Assembly: GCA_937901745.1 (NCBI GenBank)
Contig: CALGSZ010000158.1
Span: 4,515-68,514 of the forward strand
Direction of reading: 5' to 3'
Source of the DNA: an uncultured Chloroflexota bacterium
GTDB taxonomy: Bacteria > Chloroflexota > Chloroflexia > Thermomicrobiales > UBA6265
Length of the DNA: 64,000 nucleotides
Shown: piece after piece, positions 1 through 8,783 of the stretch
How positions within the stretch are numbered: the stretch's first letter is position 1
How the letters are laid out: every line of letters starts with the position of its first letter
Notes under the pieces: generated by a model
Told to the model about the DNA's origin: nothing
Databases searched by the model: none
The model's input: only the letters and a program-made list of their open reading frames with translations
Made by a program: the position numbers and the translations under genes

Positions 1-231
1 GAAGTTTTCGATCGCTACGTCATCACCGGGCCGGCGGTGCCAGGTCTGATCGTCCCGAGCGCGATGCCGGGAGCGATCATCGAAGTACTCTTCATCTCGA
101 ACGACGCTGACGCCGCGTTCCTGGCCAGCAGCGAGGGGCGGAACGCGATCGTGACCGCCTACGAGCGGGCGATCATGCGCTACTTCGATGAGACGAGCGG
201 TGAATCTTCGGAAGGTACACCTTCGGAATAA
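1..231 (+). CDS. N-acetylmuramoyl-L-alanine amidase (Amidase_3-like), C-terminal fragment entering from upstream of the window
   Basis: Frame 1 is open from base 1. The tail GAIIEVLFISNDADAAFLASSEGRNAIVTAYERAIMRYF resembles the conserved C-terminal block (E-x-x-F-x-SN ... L ... A ... I) of cell-wall amidases. The 5' end is outside the window. Confidence 0.55.
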   Translation, partial: EVFDRYVITGPAVPGLIVPSAMPGAIIEVLFISNDADAAFLASSEGRNAIVTAYERAIMRYFDETSGESSEGTPSE

Positions 232-270
232 GTCGCCGGCACCGAGAGGCGCGGGCCGGCTGAGGGCGTC

Positions 271-1890
271 ATGACGACAGAGCGACCAATCTTCTCTTCC
301 CTCGCGCCGCTGCGACAGCGCGTGAGCCGGCGAGCGGTGCTGACCGGCGCGGCTGGAGTTGGGATGGCGGGCGTGGGCACGGCGATCGGCCTGAGCCTGC
401 GCGGCGATTCGGGAAGTCCGGGGAGGCGCGCGGCGACGGCGGCCGCGTCGCAAGCGCAGGCGACTGCCGAGGCGTCGCCTCAGGTGGCGCAACCAGTGGG
501 GAGCCCGGCGCCGAACGCGTTGGCGCGGCAGGACCTCCGCGCAACGGCGGCGGCGCAGGCAACGCTGCCGGACGGCACCGCGCTGGTCTCGTCGCTACGG
601 CTGCCGCTCTTCGGCGTTGGCAGCCGCGACGTGCCCAATCTCCTGGCAGCGAGCATTCCGAGCTGGGTGGAAGTCGGCGCGGCGGTCGCGTATCCGGTCG
701 AGCCGGTGGGGCTCGAGGGGTACGTGCCGGAGGGGATGGCGCCGGTGACGACGGTGCCCGATTATGAGGCGCTCGTCGCGGAGTTGGATCGCCGGCCGGG
801 AGGCGTCGCCGTTGTCCCGCTCGATCAGATTGACTGGCGGGTCAATGTGCTGGCGGTGGACGGCTTTGATCCGCTGCGCCACGGGGAGAGCGACGAGCCG
901 GTGATCCGTATCGGCGTGGTCGGGGACATCGTTCCCGGGAGGAACGTCCACCTAAAGATGTCTGCCTACGGCGATTTCACCCGACCGTTCCGTAAGGTCG
1001 CCGCCGAGCTCAGCTCCTACGATCTGACGTTCGCCAACCTGGAAGGGAACATCTCGGCGAACATCGCGCCGCCCGATGACCCGCATACGTTCTCGTTCGT
1101 CTCCAGCCCGGAAATGCTGGAAGGGTTCAAGCTGGCCGGGATCGACGCGGTGAGCCTCGCCAACAACCACAGCACGTGGAACAGCGCCGGCTGGGGCGTG
1201 AGCGCGCTGCTCGACACGCTGGACGCGCTGGATGCCGCTGGTATCGGACGGTTCGGGGCGGGGCGGAACCTCGATGAGGCGCGCGCTCCCTGGACGACCG
1301 AGGTGAAGGGGCGGCGTATCGCGATCATCGGGATCGACGGCGTGACGGCGAACGAGCTGCAGCGGGAGCCGGACGCGACCGTCTACGAAACGTGGCTCGG
1401 CGCGCCGAATTACGCCGGCGCTGGCCCTGACCAGCCGGGGACCAACCCGTACATCCTCGACCAGTTCACCGCGGACATCGCGCAGCTCGCCGCCGAATAC
1501 GACATCGTGATCCCGTATTTCCATCTCGGCCGGGAGTACGTCGCGCTGCCGCCGGAGTGGGCGGTCGAGGGGGCGCGCGCCGCGATCGACGCGGGGGCGA
1601 CGATGGTGGTGACGAACCATCCGCACGTCGTGCAGTGCCTTTCCTCGCACGCCGGGCGGCCGATCGTCTTCTCCCCCGGCAACTTCATCTTCGACCAGAT
1701 GTTCAGCGCGGAGGTCCGCCAGGGGTTCATCCTCGAAGTCGCCGTGCGCGGCTCGGCGGTCGTCGGCGTGCGGATGCGGGGCGTGGAGATCGTTGATTTC
1801 CATCAGCCGCGTCTCATGACCGAGGCGGAGAATGCCGCGCTGATGGATCGCTTCTGGCGCCACACCGACGAGCTTGCCGCGCGCGGCTAG
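271..1890 (+). CDS. CapA/PGA_cap family metallophosphatase-like protein with a Tat-type signal and a long N-terminal extension
   Basis: Motifs RIGVVGDIVPGRNV, DLTFANLEG, SLANNHS and VTNHPHVVQ are typical of CapA (poly-gamma-glutamate capsule synthesis family). The N-terminus SRRAVLTGAAGVGMAGVG looks like a twin-arginine signal. Confidence 0.85.
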   Translation: MTTERPIFSSLAPLRQRVSRRAVLTGAAGVGMAGVGTAIGLSLRGDSGSPGRRAATAAASQAQATAEASPQVAQPVGSPAPNALARQDLRATAAAQATLPDGTALVSSLRLPLFGVGSRDVPNLLAASIPSWVEVGAAVAYPVEPVGLEGYVPEGMAPVTTVPDYEALVAELDRRPGGVAVVPLDQIDWRVNVLAVDGFDPLRHGESDEPVIRIGVVGDIVPGRNVHLKMSAYGDFTRPFRKVAAELSSYDLTFANLEGNISANIAPPDDPHTFSFVSSPEMLEGFKLAGIDAVSLANNHSTWNSAGWGVSALLDTLDALDAAGIGRFGAGRNLDEARAPWTTEVKGRRIAIIGIDGVTANELQREPDATVYETWLGAPNYAGAGPDQPGTNPYILDQFTADIAQLAAEYDIVIPYFHLGREYVALPPEWAVEGARAAIDAGATMVVTNHPHVVQCLSSHAGRPIVFSPGNFIFDQMFSAEVRQGFILEVAVRGSAVVGVRMRGVEIVDFHQPRLMTEAENAALMDRFWRHTDELAARG

Positions 1891-1893
1891 ATC

Positions 1894-2415
1894 TCACGCT
1901 TCCGCGACCGGCGTCGCGTTTGGCGACGCGATCGGTGTTGCTGGAGCGGGCGTTACCTCTGGCATCGGCTCGACCGTGATGCGCTCACCGGCGGCGGTGA
2001 ATGGGCCGGTCGTGCGCTCCGGCATTCCGTCGCCGGCGGTCACGGTGTAGGTGATGGTCAGGCGATCGCCGCTTGGATCGACCTCGGCTTGCGCGTGGAT
2101 GATGACGAGAGCGGACACGATGCGGACCGGGCCGACCGTGTATCCGACGATGGTCATGTCTGCCGTTTGCGGGCCGGTGGATTCCCAGGCGCCGTGGCGG
2201 GTGCCTTGGACGTTGGTACCGATGACGGTGCCGTCCGCGGAGAAGGTGTAGAGGCTCGGCGGCACTCCGGGATCGTCGGGAAAGGTGAGGACCCAGGAGC
2301 CGACCAAGGGGTGCTCATCCGTTGCATCGTCTTGCGCGGTCGCTCCCCGGCTCAGCGCGAAGGCGCCGGCCAGAATGACGAGAGCCGCGGCCGCTAGCAG
2401 GATCGGTCGTCGCAT
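1894..2415 (-). CDS. secreted hypothetical protein
   Basis: ATG at 2415 is preceded by GGAGGAGGGG. The N-terminus MRRPILLAAAALVILAGAFALSRGATAQD is a classical signal peptide. Composition is non-shadow-like. I recognised no family. Confidence 0.6.
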   Translation of the reverse strand: MRRPILLAAAALVILAGAFALSRGATAQDDATDEHPLVGSWVLTFPDDPGVPPSLYTFSADGTVIGTNVQGTRHGAWESTGPQTADMTIVGYTVGPVRIVSALVIIHAQAEVDPSGDRLTITYTVTAGDGMPERTTGPFTAAGERITVEPMPEVTPAPATPIASPNATPVAEA

Positions 2416-2511
2416 CGCGTCCCCTCCTCCGTCAAAACACGCATTCGCGCGGTGACTCATGTGCTCGCGCCGCTCTCCCCTGCATGGGCCGTGCCGCGAG
2501 CGCCCAGAGGA

Positions 2512-2880
2512 TCAGGCGCGAACAATGACTTTCCCGTTCTTGGCGACGATCAGGTACTCGCCGCTTGAACGGCGAAACTGCACCTCGACATCCGGCACGA
2601 GATCGACCGAGACGACATCGGTGAAGACGACGGTCGCAGCCGTCGAGATCGCATCCACCCGCCGTATTGATGGCCAGATGGTCAGCATGAGGGTCGGCCG
2701 CTCCTCGCCACCGGGGACGAGGAGCTGGTAGACAGCGCCGCTCGGCAAGCGAAACGGCGCGGTTTGGACCGTGGTTTCGAGGTTGTCCGCGATCGGCTCG
2801 AGGGCCTGCGCGTCGAACGGCAGGTGTCGGATGCGGCTCGAGATCGGGTATCGGCGCTGTTGTTCCGATTGGTCGGTCAC
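2512..2880 (-). CDS. hypothetical protein (start may be 2940)
   Basis: The ORF has normal amino-acid composition. GTG at 2880 lies 10 nt downstream of AGGAGA; the longest ORF starts at 2940. No recognisable domain. Confidence 0.45.
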   Translation of the reverse strand: MTDQSEQQRRYPISSRIRHLPFDAQALEPIADNLETTVQTAPFRLPSGAVYQLLVPGGEERPTLMLTIWPSIRRVDAISTAATVVFTDVVSVDLVPDVEVQFRRSSGEYLIVAKNGKVIVRA

Positions 2881-3077
2881 GGTTGTGCGGTCTCCTGTCG
2901 GGCTGCCGCGTCGCGTGGCACGGGCGGCTGGTCGGTACATCTCTACCGAATCCGATTATGACGTTTAGGGAGCGTTCATCCGCCAGGTGGGCTAGTACTC
3001 TTGGACTAGCCTAATGAGGCCAGCCTGAAGAGGCCAGGTGAGAATCGAACGCCGGGCGGATTGGGAAGGATTTGGCT

Positions 3078-3695
3078 ATGGATGGCATCTACCAACTGCG
3101 AAAGCGACCGGTGACGCGCCTGTGGTACCGGCAGATGCCGGCGAAAGACTCGTGGGAGAGCTTGCTGGAGAGCTCGATCGCGTGGGATGAGTCGGATCCT
3201 TTCGATGCCTTGCTGCGAGAAGAGTTCGCCGCGACGGAGAGCGAGCGGGTAGCGATGCCGGCTCAGACGGTAGAGCCGGCGGCGCAGATCCAGGCGGAAG
3301 AGGCTCCTGCCGACCCGCCAACCAGCGTCGCGGCGGAGGCGGCGTCGAAGGACGACGCGCTTGCGGAGTGGGGCGAATGGAGGGCAGTGCCGGCCGAGGC
3401 GCCATCGCTGCTCCTCTCGGGTAGCCCGATGCTCGATGTCCGCGTTCCGGGCCCCATTCTCCGGCCGGGCTGCCACTACCGCGTGACGAGCCTGCAGAAC
3501 GGAGTCGTCGGCCTGAGCGTCACCGATCCCGATGGCGTGACCTCGCAAGGCTATTGCGCCTCGATTGATTTGGGCTGCATTGATTCGCGATTCGCCGAGC
3601 GCTCCGTGGCCCGCGCGGCCGCTGGCTCGCTGCGGATGAAGGTGCAGCGACTGAGCTGGAGCTTGAGCCAATCAACTGCCTCCTTGCTGAGCTAA
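3078..3695 (+). CDS. hypothetical protein with an acidic, Ala/Glu-rich middle region
   Basis: ATG at 3078 lies 7 nt after GGAAGGA. It is divergent from the 2512-2880 gene. No recognisable domain. Confidence 0.45.
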   Translation: MDGIYQLRKRPVTRLWYRQMPAKDSWESLLESSIAWDESDPFDALLREEFAATESERVAMPAQTVEPAAQIQAEEAPADPPTSVAAEAASKDDALAEWGEWRAVPAEAPSLLLSGSPMLDVRVPGPILRPGCHYRVTSLQNGVVGLSVTDPDGVTSQGYCASIDLGCIDSRFAERSVARAAAGSLRMKVQRLSWSLSQSTASLLS

Positions 3696-3901
3696 CTCGA
3701 CCTGGGCGGTAGTCCCGCGGCCCTTGACGTGCCGTTCCCGTTCCCTCCCGCCCTGCCGGCTCTGCCGGCGCGATGACGGCCGGTAACGCGCCTCCCCCCG
3801 GGCGCAGCCGGCCGTCGTCGTGTTTGCTGAGGATATACTGCCGCCCAAGGTGGTCCGCGCTCGGCGCGCAGACGTCGAGCATTTCCCAGTGGAGGAGAGA
3901 C

Positions 3902-4894
3902 GTGAGCGAGGCGCTCCGCGAGGACTCGCGGTCGGTGGTTGATGTGCCGATAGGGTTGGACGACGTGCGCAAGGCGCGAGAGCGCATCGCCGGACTTGTC
4001 CACCGGACACCGCTCTTGACGAGCCGGACGCTGAGCCAGATGACCAACACGGACCTCCGGCTCAAGGCGGAAAATCTGCAGCGGACTGGCTCGTTCAAGC
4101 CGCGTGGCGCGTTCAATGCCGTCATGCAGCTGACGAGTGAGGAGCGGAGACGCGGCGTCGTCACCTTCTCCGCGGGGAACCACGGGCAGGCGCTGGCCTA
4201 CGCGGCTACGCAGGCGGGTGTCGCCTGCACCGTCTTCATGTCCAAGAACGCCGTGCCCGCCAAGGTGGCGGCGATTCGCGGCTACGGCGGCGAGGTCCGG
4301 TTTGGCGAGGGCATCAACGAGGCGTACGCGGCGATGGAGGCGTTCATCCGGGAGACCGGGGCGACGTTCGTCTCGCCGTTTGCCCAGCCGCCGATCATCG
4401 CGGGTCAGGGGACGGTCGGGCTGGAGATCCTCGAGGACGATCCGGAAGTCGAGCAGATCGTCGTCGCGGTTGGCGGAGGCGGCTTGATCGCTGGCATCGC
4501 GCTGGCGGCCAAAGCGCTGCGGCCGGACATTCGCATCGTCGGCGTCGAGCCGGAGGGATCGGCGGCGGTTTACCGAGCCCTGGAGGCGGGCAAGCCGGTG
4601 CGGCTGGAGCGCAACGAGACGATCGCCGACGGCCTGGCAGCGCCGTTCACGGAGGAGCTGCCCCTCGCCATCATCCAGCGCTATGTTGACGACGTGGTCT
4701 TGGTCACGGACGACGAAATCCTTGCCGCGCTGCGCCTAACGCTGGAGCGGACGAAGCTGCTCGTCGAGCCGGCCGCGGCGGCGGCGGTCGCGGCGTTGTT
4801 GACCGGCAAGGCGGCGATCCCGCACGGCGCCCGGACCGTCGTGGTCCTCAGCGGCGGCAATATTGGGATCGACCGGCTCAAGGCGGTTCTCTAA
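3902..4894 (+). CDS. PLP-dependent threonine/serine dehydratase (threonine ammonia-lyase family)
   Basis: LKAENLQRTGSFKPRGAFNAV contains the PLP-lysine motif S-F-K-x-R-G, and GGGGLIAG is the glycine loop. GTG at 3902 follows GGAGGAG. The upstream part of the ORF-track call (from 3773) is Arg/Pro-rich and unlikely to be coding. Confidence 0.85.
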   Translation: MSEALREDSRSVVDVPIGLDDVRKARERIAGLVHRTPLLTSRTLSQMTNTDLRLKAENLQRTGSFKPRGAFNAVMQLTSEERRRGVVTFSAGNHGQALAYAATQAGVACTVFMSKNAVPAKVAAIRGYGGEVRFGEGINEAYAAMEAFIRETGATFVSPFAQPPIIAGQGTVGLEILEDDPEVEQIVVAVGGGGLIAGIALAAKALRPDIRIVGVEPEGSAAVYRALEAGKPVRLERNETIADGLAAPFTEELPLAIIQRYVDDVVLVTDDEILAALRLTLERTKLLVEPAAAAAVAALLTGKAAIPHGARTVVVLSGGNIGIDRLKAVL

Positions 4895-4920
4895 CACCCC
4901 TCACAGACAGCGTCGCTCCG

Positions 4921-4950
4921 CGCGGTGGCGTCGACTCAGGCGCCACCGCG
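4921..4950 (+). terminator. 10-bp perfect stem-loop downstream of the dehydratase gene
   Basis: CGCGGTGGCG (4921-4930) pairs with CGCCACCGCG (4941-4950). It is followed by the partly T-rich tgctattgtc. Confidence 0.4.
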
Positions 4951-5115
4951 TGCTATTGTCGAGTTACCTGCCCTGTGGCATCGGACTTGCCGCGCGGCGA
5001 GTCGGTGGCGCCTCGCGCTGACGATCGTTTGGTGGCCGCTTGGAGACGGCGGGCCGCCACACATCTCGCGCCGGGATTCGCCAGGCGACCGCAAGCACGG
5101 AAGGAGGGCGGAGCG

Positions 5116-6468
5116 ATGCGAGACCGGAAGACCCTCTCCCGGCGCGCGCTGGTGCGGCGCATCGTGGCCGCGGGCGCTGGAACGGCGCTGCTGGCAGGGC
5201 CAACCGGGCGCCGGACCGCGGCACGGCAGCTCGAAGGCAAGATCGCCGTAGGGTACGAGGATCCGCTCGGCATCCTGCAGCCGCAGATCGAAGCGGCGGT
5301 GGCGGCGGTCACGGCGGAGCATCCGAACGCGGAGATCGAGCTGCGCAAGGCGCCGGGCGGAAACTTTGCGACGCAACTCCTCCTGGCGCTGGGCACGAAC
5401 CGGGCGCCGGACGTCTTCCTCTTCACTAGTCTCGGCATCGGCGAATTGGCGGAGGCGGGCTTTCTCGCTCCGCTCGATCCGTATCTGTCCGGCTGGGAGG
5501 GGTGGGCGCAGTATCCCGACCAGGTCAAGTACGCCCTCACCTACCAGGGGCAGGTCTGGGCGCTGCCCTACGGACTCGATACTCACTTCCTCTACTACCG
5601 AAAGGACCTCTTCGAGCAGGCGGGGCTGCCTCGGGAGTGGCAGCCAGCGACACCGGACGACATCCTCGCCGCGGCTCTGCAGATCAAGGAGCGAGTGCCG
5701 GACGTCGTGCCGTATGCGCTCTACGCCGGCGCGAACGGCGGAAATGGCACAGCGATTCGCGGGCTGCTGCCGCTCCTGTATGCCTTCGGCGGTGCGATGC
5801 AGGACGAGCAGGGGAAGTGGATCATTGATTCCTGCCCGCTGCGCCGGACGCTCCAGTTCTACGAGCGCGCCTACCGGGTGGACGGCACCGTCCCGCAACA
5901 GGCGATGACCGCGGCCAACCCGGTCGCGACGATGCGCGAGCTGATGGGGAAGGGGGATTTGGGCATCCTCTACGAGGGGAGCTGGGCGTACAGTCTCTGG
6001 GAAGCGTCCGATCCAGAGACGACGCACGAGCAGATCGGGTACGTCCTCTTCCCGGCGGCGGACGGGCGTCCTCCATTCACGATCGGCGGGCCGGGCGACG
6101 CCTGGTACGTCAACGCGCGGAGCGGGAATCCCGATCTCGCCTGGGCGTTCATCGCCGCGATGAACACGCTGGAGGCGCAGGTCGCGCTCAATGCCGAGGA
6201 TCTGCATGTGCCGGCGCGGCAGGACGCCGCCGCCGATCCGGCGTTCCAGGAGACGCCGTTCCGCCAGGCGGTGATCGAAAGTGTCGCGGCGATGCAGATT
6301 GCGCCGCCGGATCCGGCGTACCGGCAGCTCGTCGGGATCGTGCAGAACGGGACCGGATTAGTCGCGACAGGCGACGCAGCGGCGGGCGAAGCGGTCGAGC
6401 GCTACGCGGAGGAATTGACGCGGGTGCTTGGCGAGGGCAACGTGGTTCGTCAGGCATGCGCTGAGTAG
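5116..6468 (+). CDS. ABC transporter substrate-binding protein (family 1, CUT1 sugar type)
   Basis: ATG at 5116 follows AAGGAGGG. Tat-type signal RRALVRRIVAAGAGTALLAG. Typical SBP_bac_1 blocks (PDVFLF, WALPYGLDTHFLYYRKDLF). Two CUT1 permease genes follow. Confidence 0.9.
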   Translation: MRDRKTLSRRALVRRIVAAGAGTALLAGPTGRRTAARQLEGKIAVGYEDPLGILQPQIEAAVAAVTAEHPNAEIELRKAPGGNFATQLLLALGTNRAPDVFLFTSLGIGELAEAGFLAPLDPYLSGWEGWAQYPDQVKYALTYQGQVWALPYGLDTHFLYYRKDLFEQAGLPREWQPATPDDILAAALQIKERVPDVVPYALYAGANGGNGTAIRGLLPLLYAFGGAMQDEQGKWIIDSCPLRRTLQFYERAYRVDGTVPQQAMTAANPVATMRELMGKGDLGILYEGSWAYSLWEASDPETTHEQIGYVLFPAADGRPPFTIGGPGDAWYVNARSGNPDLAWAFIAAMNTLEAQVALNAEDLHVPARQDAAADPAFQETPFRQAVIESVAAMQIAPPDPAYRQLVGIVQNGTGLVATGDAAAGEAVERYAEELTRVLGEGNVVRQACAE

Positions 6469-6506
6469 GCCGCGGCGCTGCCGGTCGCGGAGAGCGGGCG
6501 AGGACG

Positions 6507-7475
6507 ATGCTCTCGCGGGCGTGGGGAGCTGGCGAGCGTCGCCGGCGTCGAATTCCGGGCCGGCCTGCCGAGCCGGGTCGCGAGAGTGGCACGCGACGCT
6601 GGCGGCGCGAGGCTTCCTACGCCGTGGCTATCCTGCCGGCGGCGCTCCTGCTGATCCTCTTCTTCGCGCTGCCTGTCGTCTGGGCGCTCTATACCAGCCT
6701 GACCGACCGCGCGCTGCTCGGCATCGGCGCGCAAGAGACGCGATTCGTCGGACTTGAAAATTACCGGCGGCTAATCAGCTACGTCGAGTTCCCGCGAATC
6801 GTCCGAAACTCGGTCGTCTTCGTGCTCGGCGCGGGGGTGATCGGGCAAACGGTCGGCGGGTTGCTGTTGGCGCTCCTGCTGCACCACGCGGATCGCCAAC
6901 GATACCGGCTCGGCAACGTCGCGTTCGCGGCCGTCATCGCCGCGTGGATCACGCCGCCGCTGGTGGCCGGCTCGATCTGGGGCGAGTTGCTTGACGCCTA
7001 CGGGCTGGTCAACCGCGTCGCGAGCGATTTGGGATTGGGTTCGCCCGATCTGCTCGCGGAGCGCCCGATGCTCTCCGTGATTCTGGCCGAATCGTGGCGT
7101 GGGGTGGGCTTCGCGATGATCTTGTTCCTGGGCGCGCTGCAAGTGATCCCCCGCAGTCTCCACGAGGCGGCCGCGCTGGATGGCGCCGGACCGCTGCGCC
7201 GGCTGTTGGGACTGACGCTGCCGCTGCTGCGCCATCAGGTCGCGCTCGTCTTGATGATGACGACGATCATCACGATGGGCAGCTTCCTCGTCATCTTGGT
7301 GATGACGAACGGTGACCCGGCGCTGGGGACGGAAACGATCGCGCTCTTCGCCTTCCACCGCGCGATCGGCGTCGATTTCCAGATCGGGTACGGCGCGGCG
7401 ATCTCGACCGTGATGCTCTTGGTCAATCTCGTCTTCGCCGCGATCTATCTCCGGCTGGCGAGGGAGCGGGCATGA
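6507..7475 (+). CDS. ABC transporter permease (MalF/UgpA-like)
   Basis: Multiple TM segments and an EAA-loop-like HEAAALDGAGPLRRLLGLTLPLL. Confidence 0.9.
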   Translation: MLSRAWGAGERRRRRIPGRPAEPGRESGTRRWRREASYAVAILPAALLLILFFALPVVWALYTSLTDRALLGIGAQETRFVGLENYRRLISYVEFPRIVRNSVVFVLGAGVIGQTVGGLLLALLLHHADRQRYRLGNVAFAAVIAAWITPPLVAGSIWGELLDAYGLVNRVASDLGLGSPDLLAERPMLSVILAESWRGVGFAMILFLGALQVIPRSLHEAAALDGAGPLRRLLGLTLPLLRHQVALVLMMTTIITMGSFLVILVMTNGDPALGTETIALFAFHRAIGVDFQIGYGAAISTVMLLVNLVFAAIYLRLARERA

Positions 7476-8290
7476 ACGGGCGACGGAGGGGCGCCGGATG
7501 GCTGGCGACGCACGCCGCGCTGCTGGCGGTCGTGCTCATCTTTGGGCTGCCGTTTCTGTGGCTGCTGGCGGCCGCGGTCAGCCGCGCCGTTCCCGAGCTG
7601 CCGTGGCCGACCGAGCCGACGCTGGAGCATCTGCGGGAGCTGTTCCGCGAGCGGAACGCCGGGCGAGGGTTGCGAAACAGCCTGATCGTCGCCACGGCGG
7701 CGATGGCGCTGACGACGGTCACGGCCTCGCTGGCCGGCTACGGGCTGTCGCGCCTGAATATCCGGCACAAGACGGCGGTGAGCTATGGCGTGCTCTTGCT
7801 CCAGACCTTCCCGCTGGCGGTGACGATGGTGCCGATCTACGATCTCGCGATCCGGCTCGGGCTGCAGGGGACCTATCGAGGGCTGATCGTGTCGCACGCG
7901 GCGATTTCGCTGCCGCTGGCGGTCTGGCTGATGAAGAGCGCGACGGACGCGGTGCCGCGCGAGGTCGAGGAGGCGGCGTGGCTGGATGGCGCGTCGCTCG
8001 TGCGGGCATGGCGCGACATCGTCGTGCCTTTGACGGTTTCCGGGCTAGCGGTGACGGCGGGATTCGCCTTCGTGACCGCTTGGGCCGAGGTGCTGATGGC
8101 GGTGGTGCTACTGGCGATCGGCGATGTCGCGAAGGAGACGCTGCCGTTCCAGTTCTACTACCAGGCGAGCGAAGGGAGCGGTGTCGTCGCCGCGCTGGCC
8201 GCTGTCTACATCGTGCCGGTCATCGCGGTTTTTCTGCTCTTGCGCCGGCTGATCGTGCGGGGATTAGCCGGAAGCCTCCAGAGTCTGTAA
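7472..8290 (+). CDS. ABC transporter permease (MalG/UgpE-like)
   Basis: ATGA start/stop overlap with the upstream permease. EAA loop EEAAWLDGASLVRAWRDIVVPL. Confidence 0.9.
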   Translation: MNGRRRGAGWLATHAALLAVVLIFGLPFLWLLAAAVSRAVPELPWPTEPTLEHLRELFRERNAGRGLRNSLIVATAAMALTTVTASLAGYGLSRLNIRHKTAVSYGVLLLQTFPLAVTMVPIYDLAIRLGLQGTYRGLIVSHAAISLPLAVWLMKSATDAVPREVEEAAWLDGASLVRAWRDIVVPLTVSGLAVTAGFAFVTAWAEVLMAVVLLAIGDVAKETLPFQFYYQASEGSGVVAALAAVYIVPVIAVFLLLRRLIVRGLAGSLQSL

Positions 8291-8783
8291 CTGGCGCAAA
8301 CGTGGGATTGGTGGCGTTCCCCGGAGCGGGACAATGGCTCCACTTTCGTCGTACTGCTCGCCGTGGGACGGAATTGCCCGTACTTTGCTCCGCAGGCAAT
8401 TAAGCTCGAAAAATGGTTCGCATCTAGTCCAAACGCGCTATTCTTGTTGCACGGGCACAGCGCGGTGCCGAAATGGCTGCGTTGGCGGCAGGCGCAGCCG
8501 ACCGCAGCGAGGAGTGGCTGACGTGGCACTGCGGTGCCATTCAGATGAGCACATCGTTGCCTCTCTGGCGTGCCGCCTCCGCGCTGCCTCTGTCCCGACG
8601 TTGATTGCGAACGGCGTGACGCTTGCCGTGCAGGCGACGCGCAATTCGACGAGCATCGCGGTTGCCGCCCGCGGTGATTTGGCCCCGGACCGCTCGATGG
8701 CCCTGATTGGTGGCCGTCCTCGTTGCGTGCTATGTCCAACCATCGTCCCGTCCAGTCCGGAAACGTAGCGCGAGGAAAGCGGC

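Noticed and set aside
3773-3901. Upstream 43 codons of the dehydratase ORF
   Set aside because: The sequence is Pro/Arg/Ser/Cys-rich and unlike dehydratase N-termini. The GTG at 3902 has a GGAGGAG RBS and starts the conserved region.
4936-6207. 423-aa minus-strand ORF. Similar cases: 14618-15976, 19166-20686, 20765-21886, 55412-56788, 56395-57459 and 57904-59085.
   Set aside because: All are antisense or out-of-frame shadows of genes with strong family motifs. All are Arg/Pro/His-rich and lack RBS-linked starts.
8395-8440. tRNA-like T-loop string GGTTCGCATC in the long spacer
   Set aside because: The flanks do not form a T-stem, acceptor stem or anticodon arm, so no tRNA or tmRNA cloverleaf can be drawn.
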